From the NCBI GenBank assembly GCA_964513845.1, contig CAZENT010000005.1, forward strand, positions 41,590 through 105,589: 64,000 nucleotides of DNA, given 5' to 3'. This document shows, piece after piece, positions 40,725 through 49,991 of the stretch (positions are counted from its first letter, which is position 1; every line of letters begins with the position of its first letter). The position numbers and the translations under genes were made by a program. Under the pieces are notes generated by a model. The model was not told where the DNA came from. It made no database searches and saw only the letters and a list, made by a program, of their open reading frames with translations. The DNA comes from an uncultured Pseudomonadales bacterium (lineage in GTDB: Bacteria; Patescibacteriota; Microgenomatia; UBA1400; MFAQ01).

Positions 40725-40797
40725 GGTCGCGACAGGAATCGAACCTGTGACCTCTGCAATGTGAATGCAGCGCTCTAACCAACTGAGCTACGCGACC
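40724..40797 (-). tRNA. tRNA-Val(CAC), CCA not encoded
   Basis: GGTCGCG/CGCGACC acceptor, CTGCA-TTCACAT-TGCAG anticodon arm, ACAGG-TTCGATT-CCTGT T arm, A73. Confidence 0.95.
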
Positions 40798-40835
40798 GAC
40801 TTGATATATTATACCAATCGATTTAAACTGAAGTG

Positions 40836-41402
40836 ATGTCTTTTGCACGAAAACTAATAAAAATTGTTTACGAGTTTGTTGAAGCCTTCGTAATTTCTGC
40901 CTCTGTTTTTGTAGTGGTTTATTTGTTCTTGATGCAACCGCACCAAGTCAAAGGCTCTTCAATGTTCCCCACATTTAAAGACAAAGAGTACTTGTTAACA
41001 GATAAAATCACTTACAAAAGAGCCGACCCTAGTTTTGGAGACGTGATTGTTTTTAAAGCACCAATTAACGAAAATTTTGACTTTATAAAGAGAGTGATTG
41101 CCGTACCGGGGCAGACTGTGAAGGTAAAGGGTGGACATGTATATATTGACGGCACATTGCTAAATGAAAGTTACCTGTCAAATGATATTGTGACAAATCC
41201 TGGACAGTTTTTACTTGAGGGAGAGAGCTATATGGTGCAACCCGGAGAAGTAATGGCCTTTGGAGACAATCGCGATCACTCATCGGATAGTCGCGACTGG
41301 GGTCCAGTACCAAATCAGAACATCGTAGGAAGAGTATTTTTTCGTTACTGGCCAACAAACGTTGTCGGAGTTGTATCCAATCCTGCTAAAGCTTCAAACT
41401 AA
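40836..41402 (+). CDS. lepB: Signal peptidase I
   Basis: GSSMFPT (catalytic Ser), GDVIVF, FIKRVIA (Lys), GDNRDHSSDSR; ATG 40836 chosen (TAAACT 6 nt upstream). Confidence 0.95.
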   Translation: MSFARKLIKIVYEFVEAFVISASVFVVVYLFLMQPHQVKGSSMFPTFKDKEYLLTDKITYKRADPSFGDVIVFKAPINENFDFIKRVIAVPGQTVKVKGGHVYIDGTLLNESYLSNDIVTNPGQFLLEGESYMVQPGEVMAFGDNRDHSSDSRDWGPVPNQNIVGRVFFRYWPTNVVGVVSNPAKASN

Positions 41403-41404
41403 GT

Positions 41405-42451
41405 TTAATATTCAGTGAGATTTTCTGGATCTTGAGGAACTACGGAATCAGAAGGCTGAGTTGCTTGTGGTTTTTCCAACATGGGTTCAAAAGGATTTGA
41501 GTAGGTGTTGTCTAAGGTGACAGGCTCTGGAGTAACTTCGAATACGGATTCGCGGACTTGAACTTCTTGAATTTCTTGAACCTTGTGGACTTCTTCTGCA
41601 ACTTCCGGTTGTGATTCATGTTTTTGTGCAGGGACAACGAGCATGTCATAGATCTTTTGAATCTGAGACTCAGTTTCTTCCGGGTTTCCTTTGAGAACGA
41701 TGTGGATAGCTGTTTCGACTCTGGATCGTCGCATCTTGACATGAACATTCTCCCCGATTGACTGACCAATAGCTGTGGCCATACTGTCGATTGATTCGTT
41801 GACTGTTTTGGTGTTGAAGCCATCAGATGGTTTTGAACGATGCATGGATTTTTTGAAACGGCGAGAAAGTTCTTCAGCTCGTCTGACTGAGCCACCCTCT
41901 CGTAGAATCATCTTGTAGGCTTCGATCATTTGCTGAGTGTCGGGAATGGCCGCCAAAGCTCTAGCGTGACCCTCGGTGATAACACCAGAGATCAAACCAT
42001 CTTTAAGGGCATCAGGAAGCTCCAGAAGACGAAAGGTGTTACTAACGTAGGCCGGACTTTTACCAATACGGGTACAGATATCGGAGTTTGATAGAGAAAA
42101 TTCTTTGATCAGGCGCTCAAAAGAGTTGGCACGGTCGATCGGGTTGAGATCGGTACGCTGAACATTTTCCACGATAGCCATCTCAAGCATTCCCTGAGGG
42201 GTGGTTTCGATGATCCTGACAGGAACTTCGGTGAGACCGGCTAGACGGCTGGCTCTCCAGCGACGCTCTCCGGCAATAATTTGGTAGCCCGCGGGAGTGT
42301 GTGCCACGACCAAAGGCTGGATGACGCCGTGAGTTTTGATGGAATCAATTAGTTCGGAAAGCGATTCAGGAGTGATCACACCTCTTGGTTGAAGAGGGTT
42401 GGGTTGAAGATAGTCTAGTGGTAATCTTGCAACCTGTTGATCGTCTGGCAT
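41405..42451 (-). CDS. parB: ParB/Spo0J partition protein with an acidic low-complexity C-tail
   Basis: PNPLQPR, GVIQPL, IIAGERRWRA, IVENVQRTDLNPI, HTH, GHARAL. Confidence 0.93.
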   Translation of the reverse strand: MPDDQQVARLPLDYLQPNPLQPRGVITPESLSELIDSIKTHGVIQPLVVAHTPAGYQIIAGERRWRASRLAGLTEVPVRIIETTPQGMLEMAIVENVQRTDLNPIDRANSFERLIKEFSLSNSDICTRIGKSPAYVSNTFRLLELPDALKDGLISGVITEGHARALAAIPDTQQMIEAYKMILREGGSVRRAEELSRRFKKSMHRSKPSDGFNTKTVNESIDSMATAIGQSIGENVHVKMRRSRVETAIHIVLKGNPEETESQIQKIYDMLVVPAQKHESQPEVAEEVHKVQEIQEVQVRESVFEVTPEPVTLDNTYSNPFEPMLEKPQATQPSDSVVPQDPENLTEY

Positions 42452-42703
42452 TTATTTTGTGATTACGTCTACGTATTTAATCCCGTTTAGTTTGCGGTAT
42501 TTAACATTTCCAGGGGCTGTAGCGTAAACTGTAAAGTCTCGACCTTTGTCTGTGTTTAAACCAGCATGAACAGCAGCTCCGCGCTGACGAACGATAATTT
42601 GACCGGTTTTGATCTCTTCTCCACCGTAGATTTTAACGCCTAGTCTTTTACCGGGACGTTGAGAGTGTTGTCTGGTAGCTCCACCAGATTTGACATGTGC
42701 CAT
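42452..42703 (-). CDS. rpmA: 50S ribosomal protein L27
   Basis: MAHVKSGG, KRLGVK, GQIIVRQRG, GRDFT. Confidence 0.96.
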   Translation of the reverse strand: MAHVKSGGATRQHSQRPGKRLGVKIYGGEEIKTGQIIVRQRGAAVHAGLNTDKGRDFTVYATAPGNVKYRKLNGIKYVDVITK

Positions 42704-42714
42704 ATTTGTTTATT

Positions 42715-43767
42715 TTATTTTTTTTGTAAGACCAATATTTCACGCTTAACATCCGCGTCGGGACGTGAATAAAATATTCCGCGTTTCAATGGATTGTAAC
42801 TTAACTTTAGCTTCCCGTCAATTATTTCGCTAGTCTTATATTCTTTTCTACCATCATTGAACCAGGGGAAAACCATGACTACGAAACCACCTGGCTTCAA
42901 AACTTTTAACCAGTCTTTTAGACAACCAAGATAAAGCTTCTCAAGACCAGGAACAATGAAACGGATTTCATCGGGGCGGAATTTGGATTTTCCGAGGAAC
43001 GGTTCGGTAACAATGGCGTCAATGTTAGAAAATTTTTCGGACAGATGAGTAGCATCAAGAATCTCAACTTGACCTGAGAATCTCATTGATTGAAGATTTT
43101 CGATGGTATCCTGAACTTGTTTGGCCACGATATCTGTGCCACCAATAGTGTAGCCAACCTCGGCGGCTTCAACAAGCACTCTACCCGATCCACAAAACGG
43201 ATCAAGTAGAATCTTACCTTCCGGATCGAGAGGAATTAGATTAACCATACTTCTGGCAATTTTGGGGGGGAGCATACCGGCCTGAGGATCAATGTGAGGC
43301 ATGTGACGATCTTTTTGGATCCAGTGAATGAAGTTGTGGGACCAAACTGTTTGCCAAACCTGGTTATTTTCAATATCTAAAAAGAATTCGTCTATCTTGT
43401 GTTTTCTATTGATGACCGGAGAAACTCCAAACTCATCTTTGGCAATGACAAAGCGACCTCTTTCGAGCAAGTCTTTGACGTCTGTGTGAAGTTTGTCGAG
43501 ATTTTCTCTTTTTCCCAATAGACTTATGGAGAAGTTTTTGGCTTTGATCTGCTTGGCGATGGACTGAGCATCGGTTTTTACATCTTCCAGGAGAACGGCC
43601 ACTTTGATACTGCAACCGAGTTTTTCGGCGATTGCTTTTGCTTCGTCAACAGAATCCATCTCAAAACGATAGACATTAGGGGAAATTTGGGTTGCCTTCT
43701 CAATTTGGACAGATACCTCTTCTGCCGCCAAAGTGTTGTTGGCTCCGACGAACAATATGAATTGCAT
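42715..43767 (-). CDS. Trm11/TrmG10-like RNA amino-methyltransferase
   Basis: GMLPPKIARSMVN, LDPFCGSG, IVTEPFLG (motif IV). Confidence 0.7.
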   Translation of the reverse strand: MQFILFVGANNTLAAEEVSVQIEKATQISPNVYRFEMDSVDEAKAIAEKLGCSIKVAVLLEDVKTDAQSIAKQIKAKNFSISLLGKRENLDKLHTDVKDLLERGRFVIAKDEFGVSPVINRKHKIDEFFLDIENNQVWQTVWSHNFIHWIQKDRHMPHIDPQAGMLPPKIARSMVNLIPLDPEGKILLDPFCGSGRVLVEAAEVGYTIGGTDIVAKQVQDTIENLQSMRFSGQVEILDATHLSEKFSNIDAIVTEPFLGKSKFRPDEIRFIVPGLEKLYLGCLKDWLKVLKPGGFVVMVFPWFNDGRKEYKTSEIIDGKLKLSYNPLKRGIFYSRPDADVKREILVLQKK

Positions 43768-43773
43768 TTTGGT

Positions 43774-44100
43774 TTAAAGGTTTATCGCCTTGACAGTGAG
43801 ATAACTCTCGGACTGTCTGTGACCAAGAACTTTTCTGTATCTTGATTTAGCTTTAAATTTGGCGACACGAATTTTTTCTCCTCTGCCGACACTGTCTAAA
43901 ACGAGCTCAACAGATGCTTTTTCGACGAAAGGCTGACCAACTTTGGTTTCTTTACCATCGTGAGTTAACAAAACCTCAGTGACCTTAAGAGTGTCACCAA
44001 CTTTGGTTTCGATTTTCTCAGCTGTAATTTTGTCGCCTTGTTTGACCAAGAACTGTTTTCCGCCAAGTTCAATGACGGCATATATATTTTTGTCTTCCAT
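43774..44100 (-). CDS. rplU: 50S ribosomal protein L21
   Basis: YAVIELGGKQF.V..GD, KFKAKSRYRK..GHRQ. Confidence 0.96.
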   Translation of the reverse strand: MEDKNIYAVIELGGKQFLVKQGDKITAEKIETKVGDTLKVTEVLLTHDGKETKVGQPFVEKASVELVLDSVGRGEKIRVAKFKAKSRYRKVLGHRQSESYLTVKAINL

Positions 44101-44108
44101 GTGCGCAA

Positions 44109-45164
44109 TTATATCTCAAAGGGTGTGATTAAATCAAGCTGGCGAAGCTGAAGTCCAAACAGCATCGCAAAACTAAGAAGAGAGCTGCCTCCGTATGAAA
44201 AAAGTGGAAGCGTAATTCCTGTTACCGGCATAACCCCCAGGTTCATTCCGACATTAACCACTGTTTGAAAAGCAATTATGGAAAATACGGACAATGACAG
44301 CAGTGATGCCCTGGGATCTTTAAGGACTGTTCCTGTTTTTAGACAAGTGCGAAAAATTATGAAGTAGGCCACCAACAACACGGTAGCCCCAACCAAGCCA
44401 AATTCTTCAACGTATGAGGCAAAAATAAAATCAGTATGACGTTCGGGGAGAAAGTTAAGATGTGACTGAGTACCAAGCTTAACCCCTTTTCCAAACACGC
44501 CACCAGAACCGACAGCTATAGTCGCCTGAATGACATTGTATCCGGTACCTTGAGGATCTTTGTAGGGATTTATGAATGTTTCTATTCTTTGTCTTTGATA
44601 TGGCTTGAGAACTTTGGACTCAAGAGGAATCGCGATGGCAAAAAATATTACGCCGACGATAAAGAGTTTTTTTAAGTGACCAGTAAATACAAGCAAAGCG
44701 AGGGGAAGACAGGTGAGTGTAAGTGCAGATCCGAGATCTGGCTGAACAGCAACGAAGCCAACGGGAATAATAGCCAGAAATAGAAATTTTAGAAAATCTT
44801 TCCACTTGGTAAGTTTGTTTTGAGATAGGTACGCAGAGTAAAAAATGGCCAAGAATGGCTTAATAATTTCTGAAGTTTGAAGATTAAAGAAGCCTAAATC
44901 AATCCAACGAATAGAACCTCGAATATTTCTGCCAATAAACATGGTGAGTAATAGTAGAAAAATACTTAAAACATAAAGCGCTGTGGAAATACTGAAAAAG
45001 GTTCTGGTGTCGACTCTGGATAGCAAAAATACAATAATAATTCCGGCGACAACAAACTCCAGTTGGGTGAAAAATAACTCAGGTGCGGTACTCCAGATAG
45101 TAATAAGGCCCAAAATAAGAACTAGCAATAAGGCGGCGATAAGTAAGCCCTTGTTTGGACGCAT
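44109..45164 (-). CDS. rodA: SEDS peptidoglycan glycosyltransferase RodA
   Basis: GSIRWI, QTSEIIK, QPDLG, YQRQRI..F..P..DP.G.GY, FLPERHTDFIF, MPVTGITLP..SYGGSS. Confidence 0.9.
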   Translation of the reverse strand: MRPNKGLLIAALLLVLILGLITIWSTAPELFFTQLEFVVAGIIIVFLLSRVDTRTFFSISTALYVLSIFLLLLTMFIGRNIRGSIRWIDLGFFNLQTSEIIKPFLAIFYSAYLSQNKLTKWKDFLKFLFLAIIPVGFVAVQPDLGSALTLTCLPLALLVFTGHLKKLFIVGVIFFAIAIPLESKVLKPYQRQRIETFINPYKDPQGTGYNVIQATIAVGSGGVFGKGVKLGTQSHLNFLPERHTDFIFASYVEEFGLVGATVLLVAYFIIFRTCLKTGTVLKDPRASLLSLSVFSIIAFQTVVNVGMNLGVMPVTGITLPLFSYGGSSLLSFAMLFGLQLRQLDLITPFEI

Positions 45165-45165
45165 A

Positions 45166-48111
45166 TTAATTCGATCTTACAACTTTAAGCTCTGATCCTT
45201 TAGTTATTTTTGACACTAAAGCCTTTCGCTTGATTTCATCTTCGTATTTGATGGGCCATTCAGGAAGAATAATATCTATCTTTTCATCGAGAAAACAGCC
45301 AGCTTCTTTTCTTGCTCCTTGGATATTACGAATGATTTCGCGCAATAAACCCTTGTCTTTTAAATCAGCAGTAATGACGATATCAAACTCGACACTATCA
45401 TTACCCTTCTCAATGATGACGCTTTCAACGTTTAACTCATCTTTAATTAATTGAAGTAGTTGATTTTCATCTTTCAAGTCTTGATAGTCTCCTTTAATAG
45501 TGATCGACGCCAATGGTTGTTTAATTGCAAGGCTTAGTTTCTTCCTCTCGGCATTTCCAAGCTCGCAAATACTACGAACTTTTTGCATAAGGTTAATTAG
45601 TTTTTTGTCTTCATCTGTAATTGGTGATGATTCAGGCCAATCAGCAAGATGAACGGTGTCTTCCCCGGTAATGTTGGTGTAAATCATGTCGGCCATATAA
45701 GGAATGAAGGGCATTAACACACGCGAAATGGTTTCCAAGACATGATATAGAGTTTGATTACAACTCTCTTTGTCAGCGCTTGAGGGAACAGCAGGACCGA
45801 CACGATCACGACTACGTCTGATAAACCATAAAGATAAATCTTGTGTAAATGATTCAATGGCCATGGTGGCAGTGAAGGCGTCGAAATTTTGTAACTTATT
45901 AGTTACTTCAGTAATGGTTTCATTTAAACGAACCAAAATCCATCGATCGAGAACGTTTTGTGATTTTTCTGAATTATCCACGTATTGCCAGTTTTCCAGG
46001 GAAGCGAAGTTGGCAAAATATCGATAAGAGTTCCAGAGAAGCATGTTAAACTGACGCTTGATCTCACCTACTGTTTTATAACCAAAAAGGAGGTTTCTCT
46101 CCGGATTTTGACGGAGAAAGGCCCAACGCATTGCATCGACACTCATCTTGTCAGCTCCTTCGTTAAATTCAACGGAGTTTCCTGTTGACTTATGCATAGG
46201 ACGACCATCTTCAGCAACAACTGTGGCATGCCCAAGAACATTTTTAAACGGAGGTCGATCTTCAAGAACAGTACTCATGGCGATAAGGGCATAAAACCAG
46301 TTTTTAAACTGACCCGGAAAAGACTCCGTAATGAAATCTGCAGGGAACCATTCTTGCCAGTATTTTTTATCGTCAGTATAACTAACATTGCCGGTTTTTG
46401 GATCAATGAGAGTCGAATAAGCAACGATTCCAGCATCTAACCAAGGATTTCCAACGTCGCTAACCCGATGCATGGTACTACCACAATCGCATTTGAGGGT
46501 AATTTCGTCGATAAATGGTTTATGAGGTGAATGACCGGCAAATATATCCCAACCGGAAGCGGCTTTTTTCTCTAATTCTTCTTTGCTTCCAATAATCTGG
46601 AATTTTCCGCAATCATCGCAAACCCAGATGGGTAGAGCGAGACCCCAGTATCGATTTTTCTTGCTAATCAACCAGTCATGCATGTTATTCAACCAATCAA
46701 TCTCTCTTTCTAGGCCAAACTCAGGCTGCCAAGAAATTTGATTGGCAACATCGATCATTTTTTGTCTTAAGGTTCTTCCTTTTTGATCATTTGGGTCAAC
46801 TTTGTCCATTGCGATATACCATTCATCAGCCACCTTCCAAACAAGCTCGGTTTTACAACGCCAACAAGCAGGATATCGATGGGTATAGTTTTCGACTCGG
46901 AAAATCCAGTTATCACCCTGATTTTCTCTTTCCGCAAGAAAGTCAAGAATTATTTCTGGGTGCTTCTTGGCGTTTTGACCGGAAAGAAAACCTAGATTGG
47001 GCAAGTAATCGGCATTATCGGCGATGATTGGAATAAGGGGAAGTCCAAGCTTGCGACCAAGTAAGAAGTCTTCGGTACCGGCACTTGGGGCAGTGTGGAC
47101 CATACCGGTACCTTCAGTTTCACTTATTGGAAGAATAAATGGGTCAGTTTCAACAACAACATGGAACTTGTCTGGATTGGCTTGAGAAACTGAGGCGATA
47201 GCTGGAAGATTTTCAAAAGCCGTTTGGTAGTGAAGTCCTGCCAGCTCAGAACCAAGAGAGGTGTTAACTATTTGCTTATACCCATCTCTAAAAACCTTCT
47301 CAACAAGAGCTTTGAGAACCCAAAAACGATCACCGCCATTACCCTCGACAAGTGCGTATTCCTTCGTACCATCGACCGAAACGGCTATGTTGGCAGGAAT
47401 GGTCCAAGGCGTGGTTGTCCAAACAAGAAGAAACTCTCTATCGCGACCAACAATCGGAAACTCCATAATGATAGACTTATGGGTAATTTCTTTGTAGTCT
47501 TCTGTAAGCATTTCATGCTGAGATATTGCAGTTTCACAACGAGGACACCATGGAACTGCGTCGTGACCCTTGTAAATCCAACCCTTTTGCCAACATACCT
47601 GCAAGAAATGCCAGATGGTGTAGTTGTTTTCATCAGACATGGTGTAATAAGAATTTTCCCAGTCCATGAAGTAACCAAGGCGCTTGCTTTGTTCGGCTTG
47701 TATGGCAGAATACTTTAGAACTCTATCCTTACAGAGTTGGACAAATTTATCGACACCATACACTTCAATATCTTTCTTGGTACGAAAACCCAGTTCTTTT
47801 TCCACTTCAACCTCAACCCAAAGCCCCTGACAGTCAAAACCGTTCTGAAAGCGCTGTTTGTAGCCACGCATATTGTTGAATCGCTGCCAAAGATCTTTGT
47901 ATGTTCTTCCCCACGCATGGTGAACACCCATGGGATTATTTGCTGTTATCGGACCGTCAAGAAAAAAGAATTTTTTGTCTGAAGAATCGTTTTTATGAAG
48001 ATATTGATCAACAATACCTTCGCTATACCAACGATTTAAAAGCTCTTTTTCCAGTGATGAAAAATCCGGCATTGAATCAACTTCTTTTATTTGATGTGTT
48101 TTGTTTTTCAT
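45166..48111 (-). CDS. ileS: Isoleucyl-tRNA synthetase, type 2 (IleRS2)
   Basis: DGPITAN, GFDCQGL.VE, WTTTPWT.PAN, GTG.VHTAP, DWLIS..RYWG, PADFITE; signature GVHH, KMSKS region PMHKS; upstream T-box carries an ATC specifier. Confidence 0.96.
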   Translation of the reverse strand: MKNKTHQIKEVDSMPDFSSLEKELLNRWYSEGIVDQYLHKNDSSDKKFFFLDGPITANNPMGVHHAWGRTYKDLWQRFNNMRGYKQRFQNGFDCQGLWVEVEVEKELGFRTKKDIEVYGVDKFVQLCKDRVLKYSAIQAEQSKRLGYFMDWENSYYTMSDENNYTIWHFLQVCWQKGWIYKGHDAVPWCPRCETAISQHEMLTEDYKEITHKSIIMEFPIVGRDREFLLVWTTTPWTIPANIAVSVDGTKEYALVEGNGGDRFWVLKALVEKVFRDGYKQIVNTSLGSELAGLHYQTAFENLPAIASVSQANPDKFHVVVETDPFILPISETEGTGMVHTAPSAGTEDFLLGRKLGLPLIPIIADNADYLPNLGFLSGQNAKKHPEIILDFLAERENQGDNWIFRVENYTHRYPACWRCKTELVWKVADEWYIAMDKVDPNDQKGRTLRQKMIDVANQISWQPEFGLEREIDWLNNMHDWLISKKNRYWGLALPIWVCDDCGKFQIIGSKEELEKKAASGWDIFAGHSPHKPFIDEITLKCDCGSTMHRVSDVGNPWLDAGIVAYSTLIDPKTGNVSYTDDKKYWQEWFPADFITESFPGQFKNWFYALIAMSTVLEDRPPFKNVLGHATVVAEDGRPMHKSTGNSVEFNEGADKMSVDAMRWAFLRQNPERNLLFGYKTVGEIKRQFNMLLWNSYRYFANFASLENWQYVDNSEKSQNVLDRWILVRLNETITEVTNKLQNFDAFTATMAIESFTQDLSLWFIRRSRDRVGPAVPSSADKESCNQTLYHVLETISRVLMPFIPYMADMIYTNITGEDTVHLADWPESSPITDEDKKLINLMQKVRSICELGNAERKKLSLAIKQPLASITIKGDYQDLKDENQLLQLIKDELNVESVIIEKGNDSVEFDIVITADLKDKGLLREIIRNIQGARKEAGCFLDEKIDIILPEWPIKYEDEIKRKALVSKITKGSELKVVRSN

Positions 48112-48120
48112 TTTTTTGAT

Positions 48121-48286
48121 ATAAAAAAATCCCGCTAAGCCAAAGGCTTACAGGATTAGAGTCGTAAAACTACTGTTTTAGGACGGTACCATCTAATTTT
48201 TTACTTGTTTTTCGCTATTACGGGCTTCCCGGGAAGGTCTACTTGATTCTTCTTCCAGCTTGCCGGTGATTTTCGGCTCAAACGCT
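48121..48286 (-). promoter_or_regulatory. ileS T-box riboswitch (ultra-short Stem I type) with downstream intrinsic terminator
   Basis: Stem I AGC-GTTTGA-GCCG-AAAATCAC-CGGC-AA-GCT with Ile codon ATC (48268-70); Stem II GGAAG..GAA/AGTA..CTTCC; IIA CGGG/CCCG; antiterminator TTAGA-TGGTACC-GT..AC..TCTAA; terminator hairpin 48128-48157 followed by a T run; TGnTATAAT at 48300-48308. Confidence 0.85.
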
Positions 48287-48416
48287 TTTGTACTGGTTGA
48301 TTATAGCAGTTTGAAGCAGTTTTTTCTCAATATGTCTGCTTATATTGATACTATAAGGTATAATACTACTGTTTGATGTGCGGTTCATTTAAATTCTGTT
48401 GGAATAAGGAGAGAGA

Positions 48417-49958
48417 ATGAGAAAATCGTTTTGGTTTTTACTTGGCTTGGGTCTGGTTGTTATTTGTTTTTTGTTCTTCGGATACACAACCTCGGTATCT
48501 GGTTTGATTTATAACATTTCTAACCACCTCATTTCGTTTGTTCTGGTTATCCTTATTGTTGCTTCGTTTGTATTTGCATTGATTCAAGCAAGCGATAATG
48601 GCGAGTTAAAGCATTTTTGGTGGCCGACAATATCGATTGTCGCCTGGATCATGGTCTTGATTTTCCAAGAACCAGTGATGCTTAACAATCTATATAAAAA
48701 CACAAATTACACGGAAGGCCAGTTAAAGGCTCAGGTTGAAGTTCGTGATGTCCCGTACACTGTGGCAGCCACAAATTTTGATGCCACAAACCCAGACTCT
48801 ATGTCACAACCCGGGGACCTGGATTATATCCAGGGTGAGTGGATTGCGAGCATCGATCCCAAGGGTTTTTGGAATACATTAACAAAAGAGTCGCAAGGAT
48901 TCTTCGTTTATGATCCAAACGGAACGGACAAAGTCTTAAGGCTTATCCAGAATATGCCATTTGCAGAAAACGGCTTATGGTTTAATTCGTCAACCTGGTT
49001 TGTTAAAAGACAATCGTACTTTGCTGAGTTTCACGAGATCCAGTACATTGCCGATCAAGAAACTCACGAAGTTCTTGCTGTTGTTGCGTTAATTAAGCGC
49101 CAGGGGTTTTCCCGATGGCCATACGTCGCCAATGTTTTGATTGTCCACCCCGATGGCGATACGGAAATGCTGACAGTCGATCAGGCTGAGGCTGACCCTC
49201 GTCTTGTGGGTATCGCTATCAAGCCTGAATGGATTGCGAATATGGAGGCTCAGGCATATGGATATCGAAATGGCGTAATTAAAGCAATATTTAATCGTCA
49301 AGGAAGAATCCAGGTTCAGACTTCATCCGTAAATGATGAAAACACGGCTCCGTTCCACCTGGAGACTGTTGAGGGAAATATGTGGGTAACTCCATTCTCG
49401 CCCCACAAAGGGAATAGCCTGATCGGCATTGCTACAACCTCAAGCCATGACGTTAATGGGCCAGTGTATATCTGGATGTTGCCGGAGGGGCAGGCTTACT
49501 TGGGCGCCGATCGATTGACATCGCTAATTGAGGGAGCTCCGTCTCACCGAAATATCAATTGGTTCCGTAGCAGTACCACAAAAGAAGGCGAAGATATCAC
49601 TTGCGGAAACATGACAGTGCTGGAAATGGTACCTGTTGTACGAGCTGAGGCGGGCGGAAATCACTTATATTTCATGGGTTACACCTCAACAGCTCCGAAC
49701 TCGGTGGTTGTTTCTTTTTACTCAATCGTTGATCCGCAAACTCAGGTAGTCTATAAAGACTTAATGAGTGATGGTGAAGTTGAGTCTTGGCTTCGCGGTG
49801 AGTATGAACTGAAACCAGTATCAGCAGATACTGAAGCGATTGAAGCCACCCCAGCCGGAGCTTGCAGTCTTTCAGAAGCGGTTAGCTCTCAACCAACAAA
49901 TGAGTTATTTGATTTGATTGATAGTATTCTTCAAGAGCTTGAAAATCGAGCTAAATAG
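48417..49958 (+). CDS. Hypothetical membrane protein (3 N-terminal TM plus large soluble domain)
   Basis: 513 aa ORF, AAGGAG SD, followed by its own terminator. Confidence 0.75.
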   Translation: MRKSFWFLLGLGLVVICFLFFGYTTSVSGLIYNISNHLISFVLVILIVASFVFALIQASDNGELKHFWWPTISIVAWIMVLIFQEPVMLNNLYKNTNYTEGQLKAQVEVRDVPYTVAATNFDATNPDSMSQPGDLDYIQGEWIASIDPKGFWNTLTKESQGFFVYDPNGTDKVLRLIQNMPFAENGLWFNSSTWFVKRQSYFAEFHEIQYIADQETHEVLAVVALIKRQGFSRWPYVANVLIVHPDGDTEMLTVDQAEADPRLVGIAIKPEWIANMEAQAYGYRNGVIKAIFNRQGRIQVQTSSVNDENTAPFHLETVEGNMWVTPFSPHKGNSLIGIATTSSHDVNGPVYIWMLPEGQAYLGADRLTSLIEGAPSHRNINWFRSSTTKEGEDITCGNMTVLEMVPVVRAEAGGNHLYFMGYTSTAPNSVVVSFYSIVDPQTQVVYKDLMSDGEVESWLRGEYELKPVSADTEAIEATPAGACSLSEAVSSQPTNELFDLIDSILQELENRAK

Positions 49959-49963
49959 AATTC

Positions 49964-49991
49964 AGGGCACCCCAAAAGGGTGCCTTTTTTT
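49964..49991 (+). terminator. Intrinsic terminator
   Basis: AGGGCACCC-CAAAA-GGGTGCCTT followed by a T run. Confidence 0.8.

Noticed and set aside
40586-40741. Classical attL/attR of a large genomic island at tRNA-Val
   Set aside because: The two 17-bp copies are only 139 bp apart and enclose no gene, so this is treated as a miniature element instead.
41405-41640. Acidic, proline-rich C-terminal tail of ParB
   Set aside because: Low-complexity disordered extension with no repeat or domain signal; absence of adjacent parA is not unusual.
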